From a virus (Duplodnaviria; Caudoviricetes): a stretch of 41,572 bases of DNA. The position numbers and the translations under genes are program-made. The stretch is from IMG/VR virus record IMGVR_UViG_3300020045_006174, positions 1-41,572 of that record. One strand, 5' to 3'. Under the pieces are notes generated by a model, which was given only the letters and a program-made list of their open reading frames with translations, did not search any database and was not told the origin of the DNA. Numbering within the stretch: the first letter of the stretch is position 1; each line of letters begins with the position of its first letter. Below are positions 8,014 through 16,373 of this stretch, piece after piece.

Positions 8014-8237
8014 ATCCACCCCTCCAAAAACTCTCCTTCGGCATCGGTATGAAAAACCGGAGGCTTCTCGCCAGTATCGCATTTACCCTCGATCCTGATT
8101 CGATGCAACCCGTTCTCAAACTTGACGACCTCGCCGACACAACCAGACCATAGGTGCGGTCGGTTAATAAAAACAGTCTCTCCAACCGAAAACTTCTGCG
8201 GCTGGATCGACTTTGGTTCTTTTGACTTTCTTGCCAT
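8010..8237 (-). CDS. KOW/SH3-like small protein
   Basis: FSVGETVFI...WSGCVGEV; first gene after the divergent promoter. Confidence 0.6.
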   Translation of the reverse strand: MARKSKEPKSIQPQKFSVGETVFINRPHLWSGCVGEVVKFENGLHRIRIEGKCDTGEKPPVFHTDAEGEFLEGWI

Positions 8238-8257
8238 CGTCCGCACAGCAAAACATA

Positions 8258-8311
8258 TTGAATAATTCTTGTCAATACTCATTGACAGAAATCGCAAAAT
8301 GATTTTAGATT
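8258..8311. promoter_or_regulatory. Divergent promoter pair with palindromic operator-like site
   Basis: Back-to-back -35 boxes TGTCAA (8270-8275) and TTGACA (8282-8287); TAGATT at 8306; TATTGA-N10-TCAATA palindrome. Confidence 0.65.
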
Positions 8312-8318
8312 CGGGGGC

Positions 8319-8486
8319 ATGACGAAAGAAGATTTGATTGCCGAACTGGAGAAATTGCCAGCGGGACAACAGGTGGAGTTTCGCGTGACGAAGAAAAACT
8401 CTGAAGAATTCACGAACCGAATCCGCGCTGAATTTGACCGCATCGTTTTCTCGAATCCGGCCAGGGTTGAGTTGTTGGAGAAGTGA
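8319..8486 (+). CDS. 55-aa hypothetical protein (not in ORF track)
   Basis: MTKEDLIAELEKLPAGQQVEF...VELLEK; directly after the promoter; stop overlaps the attC R' core. Confidence 0.65.
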   Translation: MTKEDLIAELEKLPAGQQVEFRVTKKNSEEFTNRIRAEFDRIVFSNPARVELLEK

Positions 8487-8604
8487 ACGTCAAGATCATC
8501 GACAGCCGCCGGGAGAGGCTGCCGCGCGCAATGAAACCTCCCAATAAACCAGACGCTCCGACCGCAGTGCTTGGCGGCTGTTCGCTGCATCGCCTTGGTT
8601 AGAG
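8482..8604 (-). other. attC-like integron recombination site 2
   Basis: Minus strand TCTAAC-CAAGGC-GAT[G]CAGCG[A]ACAGCCGCC...GGCGGCTGTCGATGATC-TTGAC-GTTCAC; same extrahelical G and A as site 1. Confidence 0.8.
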
Positions 8605-8623
8605 CGCAGAACCAAAACACAAA

Positions 8624-8983
8624 ATGATAGACCTAGACCCGACAGCAACAAAATACCAAGAGATGTGCAACAAAGACCTCTTGGAGAAACTGCGGAAAGT
8701 CGAAGAAGCCGCCGCGCAAATGGAACTGCCCCGCTACAAGTGCCACAAAGAAGTGTGGGCGCTCAAAATAGCGGAAGTGCGAGACACCACAGAACCCGGA
8801 AACGAAACCGACGGTAGCCGACTGCTCATCTTCGAGGAAAAGCCGTATGCGCCGATTCGGGTGGATAATACCTACGTCCACAAGCACAAGCCGGAGGCTG
8901 GTGGCTACTACGTGGTGTATGCCGATGGATACAAATCTTTCTCCCCGGCGAAAGCGTTCGAGGATGGATACACGAAAGTCTGA
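8624..8983 (+). CDS. Phage protein with GY.V.Y.DGY.S(F/W)SP..FE.GY domain (cassette 2 cargo)
   Basis: PRYKCHKEVWALKI and GGYYVVYADGYKSFSPAKAFEDGY motifs. Confidence 0.8.
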   Translation: MIDLDPTATKYQEMCNKDLLEKLRKVEEAAAQMELPRYKCHKEVWALKIAEVRDTTEPGNETDGSRLLIFEEKPYAPIRVDNTYVHKHKPEAGGYYVVYADGYKSFSPAKAFEDGYTKV

Positions 8984-8990
8984 AACCAAC

Positions 8991-9019
8991 GAGCGTAGAG
9001 CGGACGCCGCTCTGCGCTC
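8991..9019 (+). terminator. GC-rich hairpin after the cassette gene (no U-tract)
   Basis: gagcgtagagcgg-acg-ccgctctgcgctc: 13-bp stem with one G-U pair. Confidence 0.4.
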
Positions 9020-9054
9020 TAACAGTTAATTCAACCAACCGAGTTGGCATTATC

Positions 9055-9339
9055 ATGAAACGCCCCATCACCCGCGAATCTCTGCTCAAGCAGATCGACC
9101 GCGCATACAAAAAGATTGCCGCTATGGAGGTGCTGGCCCAGGAACAACTGGACATCGAGGAGCTTTATCGAGGTTGTGATGTAGTCAAGCGCAATGAACA
9201 CGCTGAATCCGCCAACAAGCTTTTAGCCAAGATCAAATACCAGAAGGAGCGCCGATTGAAAAAGCTTGGTGAGAAGCTGGCCGAGGTGGATACGATTCCG
9301 CTTAGGCTTCAACCTGAATCAAATGATGTAATTCCATGA
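9055..9339 (+). CDS. Coiled-coil hypothetical protein
   Basis: Helical, charged ORF coupled to the next gene. Confidence 0.6.
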   Translation: MKRPITRESLLKQIDRAYKKIAAMEVLAQEQLDIEELYRGCDVVKRNEHAESANKLLAKIKYQKERRLKKLGEKLAEVDTIPLRLQPESNDVIP

Positions 9340-9707
9340 TGTACACAAAAAACATGAATGACGGAAAACACGTATTTGTGTTTGGATCAAACTCAGGCGG
9401 ATACCACGGCGCTGGGGCGGCAAGGCAAGCCTATCGCTATTGGGGAGCAAAATGGGGTATTGGAATTGGTCGCACCGGGAACTCTTACGCAATTCCAACC
9501 AAGAGCGCATCGCTGAGAGTTAGGCCGCTGCATGACATAGAATCTAGCGTTGCTGGATTCATCGGCTACGCCAAAGATAATCCAAGCCTGACCTTTCTCG
9601 TGACCGCAGTAGGTTGCGGGTTGGCTGGATACTCACCTAAAGACATTGCGCCAATGTTTGAGGGCGCTCCAAGTAATTGCGTTCTTCCCGACGAGTTCAA
9701 ATACTAG
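9336..9707 (+). CDS. A1S_2505-like macrodomain-fold protein
   Basis: VFVFGSN..G.HGAGAA, SYAIPTK, FLVTAVGCGLAGY, IAPMF. Confidence 0.8.
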   Translation: MMYTKNMNDGKHVFVFGSNSGGYHGAGAARQAYRYWGAKWGIGIGRTGNSYAIPTKSASLRVRPLHDIESSVAGFIGYAKDNPSLTFLVTAVGCGLAGYSPKDIAPMFEGAPSNCVLPDEFKY

Positions 9708-9940
9708 ACCGTCCGATACTTCGCCGGATACCTACCCTCTCCCGTCACCAATCCTCCCGCCACCATCCGCTTAAGCCGGTGATGCGCGGTGTCCTGTTCC
9801 AGCTTCATCGCCGCCGCAAATTCCTTCAACGTCGCCGGCTGGATGCGCTTCAAGACGGCATAGCTTTTCTGAAATCGCTTCGAGGTCTGGACGTGGCCTT
9901 TGCCTTTGCACTTCGGACACTTGGTTTGCGGGGCGCTCAT
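9704..9940 (-). CDS. Zn-knuckle plus winged helix-turn-helix DNA-binding protein
   Basis: CPKCKGKG then TLKEFAAAMKL...TAHHRLKRMVAGGLV. Confidence 0.7.
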   Translation of the reverse strand: MSAPQTKCPKCKGKGHVQTSKRFQKSYAVLKRIQPATLKEFAAAMKLEQDTAHHRLKRMVAGGLVTGEGRYPAKYRTV

Positions 9941-9981
9941 TTCAGGCGACTGTGAGGCATTGACGGGATTTTGTCAAGAAG

Positions 9982-10121
9982 TTGGTGGCGGCAGTCACAG
10001 CAATTCTGGCACTCACGACTCGGCCCGGGGATGCTTCTGCGGATCGTTTCCCGTATCTGTTCGCAAAACTGGCCTGTCGATTGGAGTATCGCTGCTTCGC
10101 ATATAAGACTGCCACCACCAA
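9982..10121 (-). ncRNA. Candidate 140-nt rod-like structured RNA
   Basis: 15-bp closing stem (9982-9996 / 10107-10121) whose only mismatch is a U-G wobble on the minus strand; nested inner helices; no convincing ORF. Confidence 0.5.
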
Positions 10122-10154
10122 AACACCGACGTTCTAGGCTAACGGGAAAAATAG

Positions 10155-10237
10155 TGAGCGCGGCAGGATTTGAACCTGCATGAGTGAGCGTAATCCCCCT
10201 CTTAGGTATCAGCGTCTTTACATTCCGCCACGCGCTC
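10155..10237 (-). tRNA. tRNA-like element with degenerate anticodon arm (Leu-like / pseudo-tRNA)
   Basis: Acceptor GAGCGCG/CGCGCTC-A, D stem GCG/CGC, T arm GCAGG-TTCAAAT-CCTGC; anticodon stem does not pair. Confidence 0.65.
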
Positions 10238-10270
10238 ATTGAGCAGAATCTATCAAAACTTTTCCGAGCG

Positions 10271-12160
10271 TCAAACCTTTTCCAACTGGCGGTCAAGCCG
10301 GTCTTTCAAGGCGGCTTCGTGGGATTTTAAGAGCCAGGAGGGTTTTCCAGACTTTGAAGCCGATGGCGCTCCAATCCTGTCTATCGTAAATCCGCGACGC
10401 CTCGCTCCCTCAATTCCAGTAACAAGCATGTCCGCTAAATCTGGACTGACACCTGTTCTTTCACGAAGTTCATCCTTGGTTTCAATCTGAATTTTATCCT
10501 GACGAACCTTCCTCCACTCGCGAGGCTGCGCATCCAAAACTATATCGGCTGTGAGTCCCCGCATCTGGTCGGACTCAATGGCATATCTCGCACTTAACCA
10601 CATCTCGGTAACGAAATTAAGAAACGCCTCCTTTGCGGTCTGAAGTCTTCTCAATCCTGTTTTCTTGTCTACCGTGTAAAGGTCGGGGCCGGCTGGCCTT
10701 TCGGTTGGAGAGCCCCCAAATTCCAAACTATTGACATCCGTACTCCAAATTCTCCCCAAGCTGATGGCAAGCGTTCCGCGACCGTCGAAGAAAAAGTTTT
10801 TCGGAGGAACCCCAGCCGATTCCATTTTTTGTTTGCAGTAGTGGGCAATTTGCTCCTCGGCAGTTATGTCCTTTCTGATAACGATTGGAACAAGCCACAT
10901 CTCGCGAAACTTAATGCGAATTTTTCCATCGACACACTTTCCAAACTCAAGCCATCCAAGTGGACAGCGATCTGATCCAGTTCCGCCGTAAGCTGCATCT
11001 AGCATTCCAACGCTTGTTGTTTCACCATCCCACACCACATCATCGAACGCATGGTAAATGTCGCAAAGCTCCTTCGTTATTATTTTGAAAGCGTCCAGCC
11101 CGAACTTAAATCTTCCCCTGCCGTTTGACCAATAAGACTCAGAGCCCTCTGTGTAATTCTTAAGCTTGTGAGGACCGGCCAAGTGCGCCCATCTTGGCTT
11201 GTCTATTGGATAGGCGCTGTTGGGGCCATCAAGAGAATCAAGATTTATGCAATAGCATTGAACCGGATGCTTCGGGTGTTTCTTGCATTTCCATACTTGA
11301 GTTTTGCCTGATTCAACAGTCGCCTCCTCCGTTGCAGACCACCCCGATTCTGGTTCTGAAACTATATCGAGCGGATTGTCTCGGACGGACGGGTTCGTAT
11401 TTCCGATGAATACGCATCGGTAGTGGCGCCTTGCCTTTCCTCGCTCCATCGGGTCTTGGTAATCGTCTGGGTATCTTCCGCCCATCATGCCGGAGCCATC
11501 ATCATTGCTCACAAGGTTGTCTTGACCTTCGAGCACGGATAGTTGCATGAATTGGAATTCATCGGAAAGGCACCATACTCTACGATTTTTGCGACCGCTG
11601 TATGATCCCATGCCGACAAAAACCCCACTCGAAGTTTTACAGGCTATGCCTAGGATAGAATTCCTTATATCGCGTGCTTTTTCATCTTCGACATCGGTGT
11701 GTGTTATGACAGTCTTGCTGTCAATCGGGTGGCCAGGGAACCAATCATATCGCTCTGAAGCCCGCTTCCACATCATTGTAGTCTCGCCGTAAATACGACT
11801 CCTCAGACCTTCAAGCGTTGTCGAACTCATCATGACAGACGTGCAATCCGGCCAGCATGACCAGTCCATCAGAGCTAGCCGCGAAACAGTTCCCGATTTC
11901 CATGCTGATGCTGGACCCACAACCGAGGTGAACTTGTGCTTTATGATGTTATCAAGAATCAAGTCGGTCCACCAAGTCTGTGAGTCCTCCGGCCAAAGAA
12001 GCGCCCAATAGTTTTTGAAATGCTGAAGCAGACCGCTACCGCACACGACGCCGCTTTTGTTGACGAAATATCCGCCATAGCGAATCATCTCGCGCTCTAT
12101 CTGGGCGTCGTCAAGATCGTCTGCCCAAAGAAGTCCATGTTTTAGCTTTTTGTTTTTCAC
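10271..12160 (-). CDS. terL: Terminase large subunit
   Basis: Walker A-like GPASAWKS, Walker B CLSDE, FIGN coupling motif, RNase H-like MLDAAYGG..DRC and TKDELRERTGVSPDLAD. Confidence 0.88.
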   Translation of the reverse strand: MKNKKLKHGLLWADDLDDAQIEREMIRYGGYFVNKSGVVCGSGLLQHFKNYWALLWPEDSQTWWTDLILDNIIKHKFTSVVGPASAWKSGTVSRLALMDWSCWPDCTSVMMSSTTLEGLRSRIYGETTMMWKRASERYDWFPGHPIDSKTVITHTDVEDEKARDIRNSILGIACKTSSGVFVGMGSYSGRKNRRVWCLSDEFQFMQLSVLEGQDNLVSNDDGSGMMGGRYPDDYQDPMERGKARRHYRCVFIGNTNPSVRDNPLDIVSEPESGWSATEEATVESGKTQVWKCKKHPKHPVQCYCINLDSLDGPNSAYPIDKPRWAHLAGPHKLKNYTEGSESYWSNGRGRFKFGLDAFKIITKELCDIYHAFDDVVWDGETTSVGMLDAAYGGTGSDRCPLGWLEFGKCVDGKIRIKFREMWLVPIVIRKDITAEEQIAHYCKQKMESAGVPPKNFFFDGRGTLAISLGRIWSTDVNSLEFGGSPTERPAGPDLYTVDKKTGLRRLQTAKEAFLNFVTEMWLSARYAIESDQMRGLTADIVLDAQPREWRKVRQDKIQIETKDELRERTGVSPDLADMLVTGIEGARRRGFTIDRIGAPSASKSGKPSWLLKSHEAALKDRLDRQLEKV

Positions 12161-12870
12161 TTAACATGCCTCCACGTCCTTCCGCTTAATACGGCGGCAA
12201 CGGCTCCGCAAGAAACTCCAATATGTTTAGCTATGTCGCGATGTGTCTGGCCAAGCTTTCTCATGTTCCTGATTTTAATAACAAGCTTATTAGTGAGAAC
12301 CGCCATGCCAGAATACTCTCCCTTAGGCTGCTTGTTTCTTTTCTTCGAGTGCATATCATGCTGGTTTTCTCTCTGCGTTCCCAAAAACAAATGGTCTGGA
12401 TTTACGCACGGCGGATTGTCGCACTTGTGGAGAACGCAAAGACCAGAGGGGATGCTTCCCTTGTGAATTTCCCAAGAATGTCGATGCGCTCGCTTCTGCT
12501 TGTAATCAACAAGAATAATCCCGTAGCCAAATCCATTCCTATGACCAACCCATTCCCAACAGCCGCTTTTCTTTTTAACCACCCTCGAAAAGAAACGGCT
12601 ATTGCGTAAAAAATTGGCGTAGTGTTTTTCACACACCATGTGTTCTGGATTGCAGCACAGCCTGTTTCTGCAAATTTGAAAAACGTAGAATCCATCAGGT
12701 ATTTCTTTGCCGGAAATAAGCCAAGCAACCCGATGGGCCGGCATGTTGGTGTAAGAAATGTTCACCGTTCCATAACCACCACCCGCTGTTGAGCGTGTCC
12801 AAATCCAACAATCCCCAGACTTGTCAACCTTGCTCCAAAATTTCTGAATCTGATCTTGCCTAAAATTCAT
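12157..12870 (-). CDS. Tandem HNH homing endonuclease with C-terminal HTH
   Basis: FWSKVDK..DCWIW...AHRVAW...CRNRLCCNPEH, then CWEW...AHRHSW...VLHKCDNPPCVNPDHLFLGTQREN; TTGCAA-N16-TACCAT promoter upstream. Confidence 0.92.
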   Translation of the reverse strand: MNFRQDQIQKFWSKVDKSGDCWIWTRSTAGGGYGTVNISYTNMPAHRVAWLISGKEIPDGFYVFQICRNRLCCNPEHMVCEKHYANFLRNSRFFSRVVKKKSGCWEWVGHRNGFGYGIILVDYKQKRAHRHSWEIHKGSIPSGLCVLHKCDNPPCVNPDHLFLGTQRENQHDMHSKKRNKQPKGEYSGMAVLTNKLVIKIRNMRKLGQTHRDIAKHIGVSCGAVAAVLSGRTWRHVK

Positions 12871-12954
12871 AAACACCATGGTATCAAATCCCCAAACTAT
12901 TGCAAACAACAAATGGCTTGAGATTTGATGATTCGGGGTGTACTAAAGGCTCAA

Positions 12955-13854
12955 ATGAGTGCCACAACAGACTGCTGTGGGGGCTGCCCCTCAATCGAGG
13001 TTGTCGAAATTCCCGGATCGCCCGGAACCAGCGGATCGGCTGGAGCCGCCGGGGCCGCGGGCCTTTCAGTCTTCACCCTCACCGCCGCCGACGCTGCCTT
13101 TGCCGACACGGTTGCCACGGTTCAGGTAACAGTTGTCAGCAATCAAATGTTTGTCCTCGGTCAGACGTTGGCAGGAGCGGACCCGACTGGGGGCAGTGAC
13201 CACGGTACCTTCGAGGTAATTTCTCTCACTGGCACAACTATTGTCGGGCTTCGTGCCATTGATGCCGACGGCGACACCGCATTACCTTACACAATCGAGT
13301 CTGGCGGCAAGCTAACCGCAACCGGAGTTCCCGGCTCTATTCCAACTCCAGTCACCATTGCAAATGGCGGAACAAATTCAGCAACGGCAACGCTGGCCCG
13401 CGCTGCTCTTGGTGTTGGCGGTGCGGCCCTATCGGTTTACGCCGCAGGAACAGCGTATCAACTCACCGCAACACCGGCCCTACTCAATTTCGGAACCACC
13501 GACCCATCTTTGGTAATCAATGCTCCCGGAGTCTGGCTGATTCTAGCCCGGGCTCGCATCGACTATACCGCAGCCACATTTGCAGCGGTTCGTACCGGCA
13601 CGTTGAAGCTTCGTCGCACGAACAACACTGCTGCTGACATCGGCAATTCATCGGCGCAATACTTGACCGAAATCGTCACGACGTTAACCTACACGCTCGA
13701 CGTGATTGACCTCGCTCCGATTATTTACACCACCACAAATTCTGACGACATCATCCAGTTGTGGGGTGACATCAGCGTGCTTCCGTCAGCGGGAAGTCTG
13801 GATGCCGTCGAGGCAAGCATTGTTGCTGTTAAGCTGTACGATCAAACCGTATAA
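12955..13854 (+). CDS. Tail fibre / virion appendage protein
   Basis: Short Gly-X-Y run IPGSPGTSGSAGAAGAAG; IANGGT...ARAALGV fibre motif; Thr/Ala/Gly-rich. Confidence 0.65.
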   Translation: MSATTDCCGGCPSIEVVEIPGSPGTSGSAGAAGAAGLSVFTLTAADAAFADTVATVQVTVVSNQMFVLGQTLAGADPTGGSDHGTFEVISLTGTTIVGLRAIDADGDTALPYTIESGGKLTATGVPGSIPTPVTIANGGTNSATATLARAALGVGGAALSVYAAGTAYQLTATPALLNFGTTDPSLVINAPGVWLILARARIDYTAATFAAVRTGTLKLRRTNNTAADIGNSSAQYLTEIVTTLTYTLDVIDLAPIIYTTTNSDDIIQLWGDISVLPSAGSLDAVEASIVAVKLYDQTV

Positions 13855-13859
13855 AGCAT

Positions 13860-16373
13860 GTGGGAGATACCCAACCTTTCAAAAGCGCTACTGTTTACGA
13901 TGCCATCTCGATTCTGAGCGATGGCATGAACTCCGGCATCGCGCCGGTGTTGCTCGAAAAAACCCAAGCCGCCTATCTTGCCAACGTCACCGTCCGCGAT
14001 GGCTTTGCCACCTGCCGTCCTCCTTACACCAAGCAACTCACAATCAACTGGCCATCTCCCGAAGTTCAAGAGGCAGTCGAGCAAGGCTTGTTTCAAGGCG
14101 CAATGCCAGAGGCTTACCGGCCTGACTCCGGCGCTCCGTCTCAGATTGCTCAAATCTCAGGTCGGCTGTTTCAATTCCAGATTGTCGGCGATGTCGTCAC
14201 CGTTACCGAGATAACGATTCCCGGCGATCCCAACCCGGCGACGGCAACTCAGGCATGGCTTTGGCAAGCAGAGAATTTCGTCATTATCAACGACGGCATC
14301 AGTCTGCCGATTTTCTGGGATGGTGTTACCTCGCGACGCAGCTACGGCCCAACTCAGGTTCTTGCCACTCAAGACGCCGGGCCGGTTGCAAAACCAGTTG
14401 TGGCCGGGCAGCAGGCGACGCTGACGCTTACCGCTCCCTACACTGGCCCATACAACGTGCCGGTTCTGATCGACGGCGAGTATTATCAGCCCATCGAAAA
14501 CGCCGCTGGCTATTTAGTAAATGCGGAAAGCCTTTACGATGTCGCCGGGGCTCCTATTCCCATCGGCGCAGAGGTGACGGCGATACCCTCGATTGCCGGA
14601 GTCGTTGCGGTCGGAATATCGCCAGCAGGAACATTCAACGCTGAAACCTCGTCGTCGTTCAGCTCGCAAGGGCTGACATTAACCTCTCCGTTTCTTGGTG
14701 CTGTAAATTCTCAAATCATCCTGTTTGGAAAAATCTGGAGAGTCGCCACGATACTGCCAGGAAATCAGATAGTAGCCGTGGCATTGCAATCCGGCACTTA
14801 CTCAGCAATTCCTGCCGGCAGCAGAATCCAATACGCAAGCAGCAGCGCCCCGAATGTCGTCTTCGGAACGGAGTCAGTCGGAACGGTAGCGCCTCCGATT
14901 GGCGGAACGGTGCAACTCACTCTCAGCAACGTCTTCACCGGAACACCGGGACAGATTGCCTACATCGGCGCAGTTGGGCAATACAAGCTGACCGCAGTTC
15001 CTCCAGCGCCGGGCGGAACATCGTTGACCGTAATCAACATTTCAAACACAACGGTTGGTGATTTCATCAGCGCAGAAATCATCAGCGTCCCGGAACTTCC
15101 AGCGGGTCGCATGGGCGCCTACGGACACGCGCAGAATTGGGTTTCGCTGGTGGACGGCATCAGCTTTGTTTGCAGTGATATTTCTGGCGCTCCTTCGGGC
15201 ACTCCAGCGTATCAGTTTCGGGATGCCGTGCTGAAGACCACCAACATCACTTTTGGAAGCGGAAACTTCCGAATCCCGTCGGCTGGAGACATCATCACCT
15301 CGATGACATTCGCCTCAAACCTTGATGTCAGCATGGGTCAGGGTCCGCTGATGGTCGGCACGGAGCGAATCATCTTTAGCTGCATTGCTCCAGTTGACCC
15401 ATCCAACATCGCAGCCATCATCCTTAAAGGAAGTCCGATCCTGACGTATGCCCTGATTGGTCGTGGCCCTCTTTCACAGAGCGGCACCATCAACGTAAAC
15501 AGCGACATTCAATTTCGCTCCACCGTGGGACTCGGCTCATTGGTGATCGCCCGCCAGCAATTCACGCAATCGCTCAGTGGCAACACTCCAATCTCCGAGG
15601 AAATGGTTCGGGTCTTCGACAACGACAATCCGCAGCTATTGCCCTACGGAAGCGCCATCAATTTTGACAACCGGGTTTTGTTCACGGCATCACCGCAAGC
15701 ATCGTCTCAGGGTGTATTTCACTCCAGCCTTGTCGCCATGAATCTTGATGGACTCTCTCATTTAAGAGCCAAAGAGCCCGCCGCCTACGATGGGCAGTGG
15801 ACCGGCATCAACGCATTGCAGCTAACTCGGGGATTGTTCAACGGCGTGCCCCGCGCTTTTGCGTTTACCTTCAATGTCACGCTGTCGAAGATCGAACTGT
15901 ACGAGTTGCTTCCAACTGGCGACCAACATTTCGACAACGGCAGCGTGCCGATTACTTGGGCCATCGAAACCGCATCGCTGTTCAACGGCGACGTGAAGCC
16001 AAACGATGTTCTGGTGCAGTTGTCCGACGGCGAGTTTGCTGTGGATCAACTCGTTGGAAGCGTCCGGTTTCAGGTCTTCTACAAGCCCGACCAATACGGT
16101 GCTTACGGTGAATCCTCCTGCTGGGTGCCGTGGCATGATTTCACCATCTGCGCCAAGGAGGGATCAAAGCCGCTTTACTTCCCGCGCCTTGGGTTGGGAG
16201 AGCCGAGCGTAGTTGGCTGCAATGGGCAGTTGGATATTCCACTGCGGTTGGGTTATACGTTTCAGGTGCGTTTCGTAATTTCCGGCATGTGCCGGTTGCT
16301 GCGGGCGAGGTTCGCAGCGATTACGCAACCGCTGCCAAAGTTCCAGCCTCCAATCTGCGACATCAACGCATGA
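13860..16373 (+). CDS. Tail nozzle / DNA stabilization protein (P22 gp10- or T7 gp12-like)
   Basis: 837 aa beta-rich protein with SDGMNSG..P, ANVTVRDG...RP start and YTFQVRF C-terminus; structural module. Confidence 0.6.
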   Translation: MGDTQPFKSATVYDAISILSDGMNSGIAPVLLEKTQAAYLANVTVRDGFATCRPPYTKQLTINWPSPEVQEAVEQGLFQGAMPEAYRPDSGAPSQIAQISGRLFQFQIVGDVVTVTEITIPGDPNPATATQAWLWQAENFVIINDGISLPIFWDGVTSRRSYGPTQVLATQDAGPVAKPVVAGQQATLTLTAPYTGPYNVPVLIDGEYYQPIENAAGYLVNAESLYDVAGAPIPIGAEVTAIPSIAGVVAVGISPAGTFNAETSSSFSSQGLTLTSPFLGAVNSQIILFGKIWRVATILPGNQIVAVALQSGTYSAIPAGSRIQYASSSAPNVVFGTESVGTVAPPIGGTVQLTLSNVFTGTPGQIAYIGAVGQYKLTAVPPAPGGTSLTVINISNTTVGDFISAEIISVPELPAGRMGAYGHAQNWVSLVDGISFVCSDISGAPSGTPAYQFRDAVLKTTNITFGSGNFRIPSAGDIITSMTFASNLDVSMGQGPLMVGTERIIFSCIAPVDPSNIAAIILKGSPILTYALIGRGPLSQSGTINVNSDIQFRSTVGLGSLVIARQQFTQSLSGNTPISEEMVRVFDNDNPQLLPYGSAINFDNRVLFTASPQASSQGVFHSSLVAMNLDGLSHLRAKEPAAYDGQWTGINALQLTRGLFNGVPRAFAFTFNVTLSKIELYELLPTGDQHFDNGSVPITWAIETASLFNGDVKPNDVLVQLSDGEFAVDQLVGSVRFQVFYKPDQYGAYGESSCWVPWHDFTICAKEGSKPLYFPRLGLGEPSVVGCNGQLDIPLRLGYTFQVRFVISGMCRLLRARFAAITQPLPKFQPPICDINA

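Larger units (their letters stand above)
8488..9022 (-). mobile_element. Integron-type gene cassette 2 (about 535 bp)
   Basis: Perfect 13-bp inverted repeat gttagagcgcaga (8598-8610) / tctgcgctctaac (9011-9023) flanking one ORF. Confidence 0.72.

Noticed and set aside
10195-10215. Amber suppressor (CUA) reading of the tRNA-like element and genome recoding
   Set aside because: The anticodon stem does not form, and genes are intact under code 11 with TAG used as a normal stop (e.g. capsid gene).
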